DNA from: Chiloscyllium plagiosum
Taxonomy: Eukaryota
DNA length: 56,430 nt
Direction: 5' to 3'
NCBI RefSeq assembly: GCF_004010195.1
Contig: NC_057719.1
Location: 44,866,861-44,923,290 of the forward strand
The first letter of the stretch is position 1. Each line of letters begins with the position of its first letter. The notes beneath the pieces were generated by a model, which saw only the letters and a program-made list of their open reading frames with translations, searched no databases and was not told the origin of the DNA. This document shows positions 42,098 to 55,870 of this stretch, one piece after another. The translations under genes and the position numbers were made by a program.

Positions 42098-42585
42098 GAT
42101 TTATCCTTTGAGGAATCCTTAGCACTACTGGCATATATTGTCCAGAATCCTACAGGGAAAGTTTACCTCAGCATTCCTAAAACATTTTCCTTATTTTAAT
42201 GAATCTATCAATTTATGTATTTTGGTGGTCTACAAGATCTGAGCTTTGCTAAAATAGCTCTTTGGTGGTTATATAAAAATGTCAAATTTAACTCTCCATA
42301 TGATTCAGCAGAAGGCAAGACCAAGTTGATATGGAGCTACAATTACACTGTAATTACACAACATTTCATTTCCTTATGCAGAATAGAACATGATTACAAT
42401 GCTGCTTCTTACAAACACCTTCTAGGTTTAGGTTATTCTCATGAGTAGTACAGTCATGTGAGCTAGGAAAATGAATTCTGATTTTCACTAACTAAAGTTT
42501 AAATACATTTCTTCCTCGCTCTTATGTCCCATGACAAAGGATAATTAATTGAGGATTTTGACAACTGAATATATTTATTTCATGA

Positions 42586-42714
<129 letters not shown>

Positions 42715-43109
42715 TGAGGGAGAGAATCTGTTACTTCCCAGATATTGTTTTAGCTGAAAAGGAGACAGTTGCTGTTTCATTTTAATAGAACAGAAGTGTT
42801 ATCCGTGCCTTTCTTTGGGATCTTTCGAAGCTCCACAGAACAGGTTCGGAATTTGTGTTACCAGCAAACAAACACAAACACTTCTTTCAGTTTTATTGGA
42901 AACAATTGCACAAATGACATCCTTTTTAAAAAGAAAGTACAATGTACATTGTAAAATATCACTTTGGTTGTGCTGGAGTGAAAATATACATATGTACATT
43001 GGAGGTGTTTTATCGAAATACTTGCACCATTTTGTGCTCATTACCATTGCTTTTGGTCAAACCTAAGGAAGTAAAATAAAATTGTATAATTAGATTATTA
43101 CCCTTATTA

Positions 43110-43305
43110 TAAAAACAGAAAATGCGTAAGATATTTAGTAGGTATGGCAGCATCTGTGAAGAGAGGGACACACTTAATGTGTACTAGATTGAGAAATTTT
43201 CAAAGGTTCTCTTGAAAAGATTATCTCTCTCTTTACAAAGTACTTCCAGCATTTCGGATTTATTTTTCAAATTTCCAATGTCTGCAGAGCTCTGCTTTTG
43301 TTCAC
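43110..43305. mobile_element. Very old fold-back Penelope-like remnant
   Basis: aaaacagaaaatgc...ggcagcatctgtgaagagag arm and ttccagcattt...ttccaatgtctgcag arm resemble the younger copies. Confidence 0.45.
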
Positions 43306-44944
43306 TTTTTTTAAACCCTTTTCTCAGCTGACAATGAGGGTCTGCATGTTACTTACTTAAAAAGGAGTAACTGTGCTTCAGAAATGGGGAATGCATTTTG
43401 GTATTTATTCTTTGTCAGATTCATAGAGAAAATAACAACTAATATGAATAATTTGTTAACACATGTTTGTTGCATCCTTGCTGGTCTTTTTACTTCATTG
43501 AAATGCATAGATTATCATAGGATAAAGGCAGATAACGGAAACTATTTCGCTAATTCAGCCCATCGTTCCATACAAAAATGAAATCCATTGCCACACCACT
43601 TTATTGCCTTGTGAATGTCCCTGAGTTTTTACCTGCACTGGTAAGACCACTAATGTAACATAACATACTTTGTGCTTTATGATGTTATTCATAAATTACC
43701 TTTTACCATATGGCCCCTTCTCCTGCAGTTTATAATCACATCGTTCCCCATGAACGTACAAACACAAAGTTGAAATGAGCTTATATTTTTGATTTAATTA
43801 TACAGAAAATACTTGCAAGCAAGTTTGGCGTGTGTTTGGTTACAAAGGTTGCATAAATGCTAGTTTTGAAGTACACGTAATTCTAAATGTCACAGCTTAA
43901 CAGGGTCAATTCAATAGCAGGCTCAAACCATGAATGTCATAAGATTAATGCGTCATTTCATGTTTTCAATGTTGGGGCTGAGATATTTGCTTGAATGAGT
44001 CTGAATTCAGAATTATTGATAATTATAACCTGTTACATCTGCTCTAATGATCAAACCGAAGTAAATAATCGCCTCACATATAAAGGAATGCAGAATTTAT
44101 AGCTTGTAGCTTAAAATTAGTGGTGACATTCTGTGGATTTAAATACCAAGCTGCAAACTATTTGACTAATTTGACCAGCTGGCAGTTTCTGGTGCAGAAA
44201 AATCATCATCACAAAGCTGCCAGTAAAAGCACAACTGTGAAGGTTTCAAAACCTGCGTGACACTGTGATTTGAGAAAATCGCTGTTCATCTCCACACATC
44301 TGCTTTGAGTGCTGCCAAGTTTTTATTCCCACAGTCTAAAAAATAATCTCATTTTCCATATGCAATGTGAAAGATGCATGTTCGCCAGCAAGCTGAATGC
44401 ATTAGACTCTTAGGAATAGCTTAACTTGAAGGTTTTTTTTCTTGATGGCAGCTAATATAGATAGAAGAAACTTTTGACGTGTGCAAACCTGGGGCCAAGT
44501 TTTAGCTCTGAAAACAAGTAAGTTTTGATGGGCTAAAGTTTGGCCCCTAGTATCAGAATGTACTGACTTTAGGATACTTACATGAACTGACCTTGACAGA
44601 TTTTTTCAACTCTATTCTCTTGGACTGGAATTTTAGACAGCAGCAGCACTAATCAACATATAATCTTTTTGCAGTGATTAGGGAGGGGATGTTGACCTCA
44701 GTCCATAGGGTGAATCATTTTACTTGTCAAATGCCTTTCATTATGGATGCTTTCACTTAAGACTTTTTGTGCTCAGGGAGAGCAGAAATTGGGCTTTTTA
44801 TGTTAGTTATTATATTCTGGGTTTATAAGATTTTCGCCATCTGATGTCAGCAAATGCCGTATTATTTTCATCCTGCTCACGTATATTCCAGTTGAAGCCA
44901 AACATCTGCAATGCCAACCGAAGAGCCAGAGAACAGACTAGGGT

Positions 44945-45273
44945 CCAGATACACCCAGTCGCTGCCAGTCTGCACTGAGGCCTGGGTACACCCAGTCACT
45001 GCCTGTCCGCACTGAGGCCCGGGTACACCCAGTCACTGCCTGTCCGCACTGAGGCCCGGGTACACCCAGTCACTGCCAGTCCGCACTGAGGCCCGGGTAC
45101 ACCCAGTTGCTGCCTGTCCACACTGAGGCCCGGGTACACCCAGTTGCTGCCTGTCCGCACTGAGGCCTGGGTACACCCAGTCACTGCCTGTCTGCACTGA
45201 GGCCCAGGTACACCCAGTTGCAGCCTGTCCGCACTGAGGCCCGGGTACACCCAGTTGCAGCCAGTCCGCACTG
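44945..45273. repeat. GC-rich 37-bp minisatellite, about 9 copies (GGGTACACCCAGTCACTGCCTGTCCGCACTGAGGCCC)
   Basis: TACACCCAG recurs at exactly 37-nt intervals from 44950 to 45246. Confidence 0.96.
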
Positions 45274-45469
45274 TTAGTATCCACAGGACCTTGCAAAAGA
45301 AGAACCTCTGCCTGCCCATTACCAGATAATCCAAAAGCAAAACACTGCATGCTGGGAACCGAAAAGAAAAATGACAAGTGCTGGAATATTCAGTACCATT
45401 TGAAGAGGGTAACACTGTTATTGCTTCAGACTGATCTTTCATGAGATTTAGAATAAGTTGGTCCATATT

Positions 45470-45679
45470 TAAAAATCACACAACACCAGGTTATAGTCCA
45501 ACAGGTTTATTTGGAAGCACTAGCTTTTGGAGCACTGCTACTTCAGGTGGTTGACCACAACCTGATGAAGGAGCAGAGCTCTGAAAGCTAGTGCTTCCAA
45601 ATAAATCTGTTGGACTATAATCTGGAGTTGTGATTTTTAACATTGTACACCCCAGTGCAACATTGGCATCTCCAAATCA
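45470..45679. mobile_element. Second-family fold-back Penelope-like element with 11-bp TSD (TGGTCCATATT at 45459-45469 and 45680-45690)
   Basis: Inverted arms of about 80 bp (taaaaatcac...ttatagtccaacag.tttatttggaagcactagcttt / aaagctagtgcttccaaataaa.ctgttggactataa...gtgatttttaa); carries a hammerhead. Confidence 0.8.
45559..45593 (+). ncRNA. Minimal type I hammerhead ribozyme motif
   Basis: CUGAUGA (45562-45568), extra A, stem II GGAGC-AGA-GCUCU, GAAA, palindromic AGCU stem III; predicted cleavage after CUA (45590). Confidence 0.65.
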
Positions 45680-46295
45680 TGGTCCATATTAGATGGCTGA
45701 AAACAGGGAAGACCAACCAGAGGATTTTTTTATATAGATCTAACATCTTTGAGGCATTATGCTAAAGTACCAGCTGGTACACTCTCACATGCTTTTTGGT
45801 CTGACTCACTGAAATTTATTGTCAGTCTACTTTTATAACCATATTTGATCATGTCATAGGAAGCTGCCTCAAGCTATAAGTTAAGTATTTCCAAACTTTT
45901 ACAATCAGTTGATGAATTGGGTTTAAAAGAAGTCTCTCCCCAATTGATGTTCACTGATGTTCATCAAGACTTTGACAGAGGTCAATGACTATCTATTCGT
46001 GAGTGTTTCAGGCCATTAAAACTAAACATTTAACTACAGGCATGTGAGTTAACATTGAGCCCAAACTAACTTCTTCAGGATTCAAAATAATTCAAACAAT
46101 CTGCTCCTTGGTTTCTTTCTTTTTCTTTTTCAAACTAATGTTTAGCTCAGTTAGAAACCTTGTACCTTTGCTCTTAATTCTTTCCCATTGGTGAGGCACC
46201 TGGCACCTTCCTTCAGAGAATGGTGGAGGTCAGAAGCTGTATGTATGAGAAATAAATGCACTGAATTTGTAAGAGTGGGTGTTAATACTCAACTG

Positions 46296-46499
46296 CTGAA
46301 AATGTGTTGCTAGAAAAGCGCAGCAGGTCAGGCAGCATCCAAGGAGCAGGAGAATCGACGTTTCGGGCATGAGCCCTTCTTCAGGACTGTTCGTCAAGAA
46401 CAGTTCATCCTGCTCCTTGGATGCTGCCTGACCTGCTCCGTTTTTCCAGCCACACATTTTCAGCCCTGATCTCCAGCATCTGCAGTCCTCACTTTCTCC
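46296..46499. mobile_element. Fold-back Penelope-like element with perfect 15-bp TSD (GTTAATACTCAACTG at 46281-46295 and 46500-46514)
   Basis: Minus-strand copy 46296-46386 and plus-strand copy 46408-46499 of the 6213 family. Confidence 0.85.
46353..46388 (-). ncRNA. Minimal type I hammerhead ribozyme motif (antisense to FRMD6)
   Basis: Minus strand AGUC-CUGAAGA-A-GGGC-UCAU-GCCC-GAAA-CGUC/GAUU; 4-bp stem I including one G-U. Confidence 0.7.
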
Positions 46500-46975
46500 G
46501 TTAATACTCAACTGACATGCAGCAGTTCTCAAAGTATTATTATAACACGTTCAACATTAATGGAAAGTCTTATTTTAAATTCACATGAATTGTCCACCGA
46601 AGATGTTGAACCTAAAGTAGGTCAAAGCATTTGCGTGTGCAACAGATATTATGGCAACGATTTACTGTTAGATCCATGAGGCATAATAAAATCTTGCCAA
46701 ACAAAGCTTTCTTGCTGCAAATTGATAGATTCCTGAAAGAACTATGCCAAAATAAAGGCCAGAGTAATCATTCCCCCTCTCGGTATTTCCATTTTATATC
46801 TCAGGATAGTGTAAAATTTGATGTCTTCAGTTTTTCAAGTTCCATAGGAATGATTGAATCAGATGTTCACTGCAAAGAACATTTTTTTGGTCACCAGACA
46901 CATTCAGAGCTAAATTGCCACAAATTTCCCCACAAATTATAGAGAATCTTTGGGTTCAGGTTTAAAATCATGTAG

Positions 46976-47242
<267 letters not shown>

Positions 47243-48829
47243 TAATGGACTCTGCATTTGCACTGAAATCAAATGCTTTGTTTTTGCCAAAGCTGCTGGG
47301 CTTCTCTCATTGTTCCCTCAGTTCACCCAGGGAAGTTGTGATTTATAGCATCTCTCTCCTTTTTTTTCTCAGAGCCATGGTGCTCTCTTTAGTGGCCTAA
47401 AGAAAGCTTTTCAGTAACTTGGACTCTGCATTATCAGAAATCTTTTCCTGCCAACCTCCCTAAATAGCACAGCAAAGCCTGTGATATTATAGTTGGAAAT
47501 TTTGATTGAAAATGAGAGTAGAAAGGAGTAATAAAATGATTGACAGAAATAATTGTATGTATCTGTGTACAAATATGTAGTAAAATCTTACATCTGCATA
47601 CCTGCATAGAATTTTTAATTCTAATTTCCACAGTTATGATGAAATTATTCAGGTAAGCTCATTCCACTGACTGCACAAAGTGACCACTAGGTTCTGACAA
47701 TTCTTTCAAAGCATTCTCCAAAGATTAGTCCTTATCAAAAGTCCCTTCTCCGTAATAATTTCTAATATCAAAAACAAATTAATTCCATATTTTACAAGGA
47801 GAGGGTTACATTTGTCCATTGAACTATTGTTTGAAATTTTTAATGAAAAATCTGAATGTTTTATTTGAAGATCTTTACCCTTCCGAAAGGCTTGAAATGA
47901 ATGGTAGGTATTTTGGCCTCCCCAACTCAACAGAGGTGAGGGGTACAAGTGAACCTGGATCAGGGGTCCCCACAAACAACAGATCCATAGTGTGTGTGAT
48001 ATCACTAGCAGGTTTCCCATCCAGAAGCCAGCCTAACCGACCCAGTCTGGAGGTGGTGTATGCAGGGGAGAAGTGGATATTAACCCTGGGGTCAGGAGGC
48101 TTGATCCACTGGTACCTGACCCAAGAAAGGGACTGTTTGCAAGGTGTTGGAGGGGGTGTCAGTGGTCAAAGATCTCAGCACACCTGTAGATCAGAAGGTT
48201 ACAGGGTCTGAGGTGAGAGCCTCAGATACATGATAGAGATCAGAAGCATCAGTTAAACAGGGTATTGGAGCTCTTGGGGCTGTAGTGGAGAGAGTGATTT
48301 GAAGGCTTGTGGGTTTTGTGTGGGAAGTTGATCAAGCTAAATGCCAGCAGTTGATCCCAAGGCTAGCCATTAACTTTCAAATAGTGAATGAATTATTGCC
48401 TCATTTATATATGTAATAGACCACCTCATGTTGTTTTCCTGCCCTCTGTCCCAGCTCCATTAAAGTCAAAAGTGGCTACATTGCAAGTGGGTCAGAGTTG
48501 GGATTCAGAGTTTTAACACTCCCCTATCCAATAACCACCCATTTTGGGGGTTTAAAATCATCTCCTCCCCTACAATTCCCCTTCATATGATGTTTTTGCT
48601 CTGAGCTGAATGAACCATAATTTTTGTAATCTACATATACCTACATATTCAATTTTACAGGCTCTCTCATCGCTGTCTGTCAGCTAAATAAAGAATTGTT
48701 TTTCATTAGCTTTTAGCAGTTTCCCAAAGAGATCTTTTTTGTAAAGTATTAGGACTAAATTGTTAAAAACCCACTGACCACCTTGATTGGGTGACAAGTA
48801 CACTCTTGAGTTTATCATTGTCTATATAA

Positions 48830-49306
<477 letters not shown>

Positions 49307-50628
49307 TAGTGCTGCAAGCTACCATTGCATCCGCTTCATTTACTTGTTATTACTGTCATAAAGCCTAACAAAGTCATCACAAAAAACATTGATTAACAAG
49401 TAGAATAAGACAACAGACATAAAGGCTTCTTTTGCATGCTAAGCATTTTGGTCTGAGAATGGAAGCAATAAGAATTTCCAATGGTTTGCGTTTTGTAAGG
49501 TTCTTACATAACAAGAGTGTTGTGACGTTTTCAGTTCTGCTTACAGAGCACATCTGAAAGTGAGTGTAATCCAGGAAAGAACACCTTTTTGCTTCATTGC
49601 TCCTTGAACAAACTATGGAACTAGTGACTTTACTGATCAAGGCTGAGCTGCAGATATTTTCCCTGAAATGTTTTCATTTCTTAAAGGAATAGGGGGAAGG
49701 TGCTGAAAGATGGAATCAGTCTTCAATGCATTCCTCCCATTGGATATAATGGGGTGGTGGAGGGTCAGAGGGGCATTATTAGAGTGGACATTTGATGACT
49801 GTTTCCCATCAAAAACCATTTCTGATTTTAGTATTCTTTGCAACAATTCTTTTTTTTCAAAAGAATAAATTTGTAAATATTTTGTAACACTTTTGTGTGG
49901 TATAAAGAATTGCTGTCAAAACACAGTATGATAGACCTCCCACTGCAGATACTTACAAGCTGATAAAAACTGAAAGCTGACCAGAAGTGTAGGATGCTGA
50001 TTGAATGTATTTTTTTTAATGGTAGATTCATTGTATCATTATGTATAGTAGGGAGACTGCTCAATGTTGGGGTTGAAGTGAAATGGAAAAAAAATGTGGC
50101 CACCTAAGTGACTGATTGAAGGGACAAAAGTTCTTTAAAGCTTTGAAAAGGCTACAAGGTCAGTTCATGTTAACATTTGCCAAGGCTTGAGCAGGACAGT
50201 CCCAGGAAAAAAAAAAGTGGAATGAAATCCAAAGCACAAGCACTATTCAGAGACATGTAGCAGAGTTTCTGACTCAGTTTGACACAGGGGTCCTTTAGAT
50301 GGTTGCAAAGTGGGTGGTGTATTTTGAATGATGGGTTATCAGTCTGATAGCTCAACACTTCAGCATGCCAAAAAGGTGAATGCAGGCATGAGGACTTCGC
50401 TAACTGGTGACTGTATGGTTGTGCCATCCTTGCCATCCATATTGGCTGTAAGTGTCCTTGCAGCAAATGATTATCTGTTTACTTTGAGAATATGAAGACA
50501 CTTACCCATTGTCATGGCTAGGTAAGAGTTCCAGCATGTTTGATCACACATCATGCATGGCTAATTATGCTTGAGCTGGCTATTGCCCTCCTTAAAATAA
50601 ATTCATATTCAAAAGCTGAAATACTGGA

Positions 50629-50828
50629 TGTTGCTGAAATAATTCCACAGAGACCAGTATCCTATCACCAAGTCACCCTGGCTGAGAGCCAGCTCTCAGG
50701 GAGAACAAGATGTCTGACACTCCTGCTCCTATCTGTGAGCCAGGGCTCTCTGGACCAGATTAACAGCCCTAATCAAGGCTCTCGTATTCTATGACATGCA
50801 CCTGGCTGACCTCATTACAATCACTATA
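50629..50828 (-). mobile_element. Short solo-LTR-like repeat related to 30688-30916
   Basis: TGTTG...TCACTATA termini; shared blocks ttaacagcccyaatca, acctggctracctc and aatcactaya. Confidence 0.5.
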
Positions 50829-51079
50829 ATTGCCATTAGAAGCACTCTATATACTATACTTGTGTTAGATATACTGTTGTGTTCTACCCTGAGAATTGGG
50901 GTCCCTTCATACATAGATTATCTGCTACAGTGAGGCCTGTGTGGTTGTGTGGAAGTTAGAATATTCACATGTACAAGGAGCACATTGGAATACAGCCTGA
51001 CTGTCCGTTGGTCGTCATATTTTCAAAAATGTCCCAGATGAAAGAGGATTCTCTTCAGGAAACCCATTATGTCGTTAAC

Positions 51080-51365
51080 GTGTCAGCATTAGTCAGTCAG
51101 TCAGTCACCTCAGAGTCAAAGCAGTGACTTTAGAGGCTTGAACATTAACATCAAAGATGTCTCTGTGTCGTGACCTCACATTTATCTATCACCTATCATT
51201 AAATAATTATCTTGCCATTTATCTCAGTGCTGTGTGTTAATTGTTTGGAAATTCACTAGCCATCAATACTGGAAGTGCAATTCCCGTGGTGTTAGTTGAC
51301 TGTAATTTTTCTTTTGGATGCTATGAGGTTATAAAACATCCTAGATGAATGCAAGTTCCTTCTTC
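51080..51365 (+). mobile_element. Degenerate DeuSINE/SacSINE1-like element
   Basis: ttatcttgccatttatctcagtgctgtgtgt...gatgaatgcaagttccttctt resembles my recollection of the Deu-domain 3' part and tail; weak. Confidence 0.4.
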
Positions 51366-51649
51366 TTTAACTCTTAATGGGGTTATAGCAATAAAGGGAC
51401 AAATGAACAATTCTTGAAAAACCTGGGAGTCAATAGGAAAAGAGAGGGCTGAAAGGTTCAAAACTAGGTTTAAAGCTGTGATCTGAATTTTCCTTTGTGT
51501 TTTTAACAGATTTTATTTCTAACTTGCATTTATTTAATGCTTTCAATGTGAAGAATATTCCAATATGCTTCAGAAATAGTTGCAGAGAAAATGGGTGTCA
51601 AGTTTGGAACGGAAAGGAAGATTCACTTCACTATTCGATTGTACTGCAG

Positions 51650-52200
51650 GCTGAATTTGTATTTGTCACCCTTCCTAAACTTCAACTGATTCATAGCTCT
51701 TCTATCTACATCCTAATCTACACCTCAGTCCTGACCTTCCTCTGCTTCAGTTACATTGACGCCTGCTCCCTCAAAATTAAAATTCTCATTTTGAGTTTCA
51801 TGGCTTTGCCCATAACTTTCTGTAGAATTCCTTCAGCATTGCAACTCTGAGTATTTTATATTCTTCCAACTTAGTCTCTGATGCAGTCTTCAATTTTCTT
51901 CATTCCACAAATGACTGGTTTTCCTTTGACTGTCTAGGTTCAAAGCTGCAAAATTCACTCCCTAAATCTTTTTATCTTTCTCCCTGCATGTATGTGTCTC
52001 ACTCTTTCTGTTTCTCTCTGTGTCTTTCTCACTCTCTCCCATGTTGTATGACCCTCCTTGAAGCTTCACTGTTTTGATCATGCATTTACACGTCCTGCCT
52101 AATATCTCTTTTCTGTGGCTTTGCATGATTTTTTTTTCTGATTGTGCTGTCTTGAAGCCTGTTGGAATTGCGTTTGAGGTGTTATGTAAATGCAATCTGT
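51650..52200 (+). mobile_element. Old L2-like LINE 3' fragment
   Basis: Pyrimidine-rich decayed ORF2 end (aaaattaaaattctcatttt = KIKILI) ending tatgtaaatgcaa. Confidence 0.45.
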
Positions 52201-52403
52201 TGATGCTGAGAGAACGGTTTTGGAGTATTCATACCATAATGCATGCTTCACGATCCATGGCAACTCGATCACCGTTGGAACACAGGACAGGGCTCTAGCC
52301 AGTGGCATCATAGAAATTTCACAGGCAAGCGATGCGATCTCACAAACTCTATTTTGAGATTCTAACCACCTTGTCGATTCGAATTAGACGCTGTATAATT
52401 TCC

Positions 52404-52778
52404 CTCTATATATTTATCTATCTATTTCTCTCTCGCGCGCTCTCTCTATCTCTCTCTCGCTTTCTCTATCTCTATCCCTCTCTATCTCTATCCCTCTCTA
52501 TCTCTATCCCTCTCTATCTCTATCCCTCTCTATCTCTATCCCTCTCTATCTCTATCCCTCTCTCTATCTCTATCCCTCTCTCTATCTCTATCCCTCTCTC
52601 TATCTCTATCCCTCTCTCTATCTCTATCCCTCTCTCTCTCTCTATCCCCCTCTCTCTCTCACTATCCCTCTCTCTCTCACTATCTCTCTCTCTATCCCTC
52701 TCTATCTCTCTATCCCTCTCTATCTCTCTATCCCTCTCTATCTCTCTATCCCTCTCTATCTCTCTCTCTCCCTCTCCT
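52404..52778. repeat. Compound pyrimidine microsatellite (TC)n / (TCTCTATCCC..)n
   Basis: About 370 bp made almost entirely of TC, TA and CC dinucleotides. Confidence 0.95.
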
Positions 52779-54700
52779 TAAAACATATTTTCCTTATTAG
52801 TATCCTTTGGCTTTTTTACTCTCTCAATCTGGGCTGTATCCAGCATTTGGGACCTTGGACTTTCACCTACATTATTCAATAAAATAATCTTTATCATGTC
52901 TCACTTTCAGGCTGATCTTTCAGACAAAACTTTGAAAAACTACATCAGATTAATTTAAGAAAATTTAAAACAAATATTAATTAGTCAAGGGTTCCAGTTT
53001 CTGAGAATAATGAATGTCTAACCCCTATAAACTCTTGGATTGGGGATTGTGTAAAAATTTCAATCCTGAGCTCAACTTGCCTTCAAGTCACCTGCTTCCT
53101 GAATTAATGGAGGCAGAACAAGAGCTCAACAGGAGACCGATTGGCCATTTGAATATAATGAGACTGGCAACTCCGAATAAACTTGTTTTTCACATTTAAT
53201 ACTGGCTGGATTTCCTAGGTCTCAAACACCTGGAAGCTACAGCAATGGAGGCACAGAAATGCTTTCCCCTAGTCTCACAAGTCTGTTCTTGCCTTGAAAT
53301 ATTATCCCCCTCACCCTCCCTTCTCACCTCCCCACCGCGGGCTAATATCAGGGATTGGAACCTGTCAGTGGAGTCCCTGCCAAGGGCTGTGGCCTGTTCC
53401 GGTGTGTTCCTCCAATGACTCATGGAAGCCAAGCCTGTCAATCAGGCAGAAATCTTGGCACATATGGACACCATGAAGTTTTATCAGAACAGATCAAACA
53501 TGTCTCTATTTGCACTGGAAATAGTGTATTAGTTTTGTAATGCATGTACTGCAAACTTGTGGTGAACCTACTGAAGGGTTTGGTAGTGTTGAGTAAAACT
53601 ATAAAATACCTAAAAGAATAAGAAACCTTAGGTAAACAGCCCACACCACTTCACAGCACTGGGTCACACAACTGGGAAAATAAAGATTAAGGATACAAAT
53701 CTAAAGCAAGTCTATGTGATTTGGACTACTTTACCAAAATGGATGCAAGCCATTGTTCACAAATCAAATGAAGAAATCCCTCAACCAATTTGATTTTATA
53801 TTTCCAGAATATCAAACCTATTGTGTTTTCTTATTAATTAGCTAATTTGACTTCAATTATCTTTCATCAGACGATGAACTGCTAGAATGAATTACTATTT
53901 GCAAAGAAATACTTCATTTGCTCATAACTTGCCCTGTATAGCTATCTTGTTCTTTTAGCTTGATATATTTGAAAATATAGCTGTCGATAAAGTTCATCGC
54001 ATTTAAGTATATAATCTATCTCTTTATGGGGTAATCTGAGACATGTCTTTTCAAGTCTGAAGATGTCAACTGAGTCAAGGTTTAGTTCCAAATTATAATC
54101 TGCAAATAACTCAAAAACTGCAAAGATTCTTTTGTCATACTTCTATCAGCTGCTGTTTTCTATAATATTTGAAGAAATTGTCAAATGCTTTAGTAGATGT
54201 AAAATACTATAGTATGCACACCATTGCAACAGAATATAACTCTCTTTACAAAGTAAGTCAGTAGAATAAATTTACAACCTATTAATCTGATCAATGGCCA
54301 AGAGTTGTAGGACCCAGACAGCAACAATTCTGTACATGGTTTCTTAGTCAGGTAGACTTCGTAATGTGACAAATGGATGTCAAAAGGACAAAGAGAAGTT
54401 TTAAAATTGTTATTAACAAGAATTATTAATTAACCATTCTCCCAATCTATTACAAAAATGAACCATCCCTAATAATAAGAGGCACAAGCAATGTTACCTC
54501 AAGTAAACATAGATCATTTATTTCAGTTAAGCTTGGAATTTTCATTTTCAGTTTGAGTTGGGAGTTTAGGAGGGATGGCTGTCATTGATAGCACAGGACT
54601 GGATCACCATAACTGGCCTTTGTTGAGAAAAATGCTTCTTATGTTCTCAATTATACAGAAATTATAAGGTTACAAAATATGAGATGTAAAATCTATTTGA

Positions 54701-54901
<201 letters not shown>

Positions 54902-55699
54902 TAGATAATCTTGTTCTGTATAGATTCTCGCAAATGAGAAATTTTGTCATTTATTTGAAAATGTACTAAGAACAGGCACAAGTTAAAATGTGAATCTACA
55001 ATCTATAATATTAATTGGATTGCAAATTGTTTTTTGCAAAATTATCAGGCTTGAGTTCCTTGGTATATTCCAGCAGAGTTGGGTTCTACAAGACAGTGGC
55101 TCCTTTTTGACACAATGTAAATTCCACCAGGAATTCCTCTGCAGCTGTGCATCATAAGAGAAAGAGTGACCTAAAAATTGTTCCCAGACCAACATATACT
55201 GTGGTACAGGAGGTGTCTGTGGGACTTTCAATAACCATTCTTAACATAGAAATAATCCCCGTGCAATTAATTCTTCCTCAAACTGAAGAATAATTGGAAA
55301 CATAATTACTCTTTAAGCAGAGTGTACCTACAACCACTTGCCCTTCTTCTCTGCTTAGACAATGACAAAGAATTAGTGTGAAGTGGGCACCAATTGCGGT
55401 GCCATGTGTGGCACAGGTTCTTGCTTCCTTTGTGTTAAGGACTTTGGTTGAGATCAGTCCCTGGACAGACTGGCAGGTGGATGAAGAGGAGCTCACCAAG
55501 AATTGCTAGGCTATTGCACTTCAGTGTTCTCTCAAATGCTTAGATTTTCCTTAGATTGTGGTTTTGGAGTAGACTATCCCAGTTATATGTGATGAGGAAA
55601 GACATTGACTAATAGGGAAATTTAAATCAGTTTTTTTGTTAGCAGGAAGCCTGCCTGGGTATTTTGGCTTATCATGCCGGAGAACTGATTGGGATTGAT

Positions 55700-55870
55700 G
55701 CTAAGGCAAGCTGCCCCTGTTTTCTTCAGAGCACAGTTTGGTGCTCACAATGTGGTCCCCTCTACATTGGAGAAACGAAGCACAGACTGGGTGACAGTTT
55801 GCAGAACACCTACGTTCTGTCTGGGGCAAAAAAGGATCCTGAGCTTCCAGTTTCCTGCCACTTCAACTAA
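55700..55870 (+). pseudogene. GIY-YIG endonuclease remnant of a Penelope-like retroelement
   Basis: CSQCGPLYIGETKHRLGD, then frameshifted FAEHLRSV, then PELPVSCHFN. Confidence 0.8.

Noticed and set aside
44945..45466. 37-bp repeats as a CRISPR array, or ORFs 44996..45466 / 45033..45377 as repeat proteins
   Set aside because: Units are contiguous with no unique spacers; the context is a eukaryotic intron; the ORFs are by-products of a stop-poor tandem repeat.
52332..52781. 149-aa Leu/Ser-rich ORF
   Set aside because: Translation of a microsatellite.
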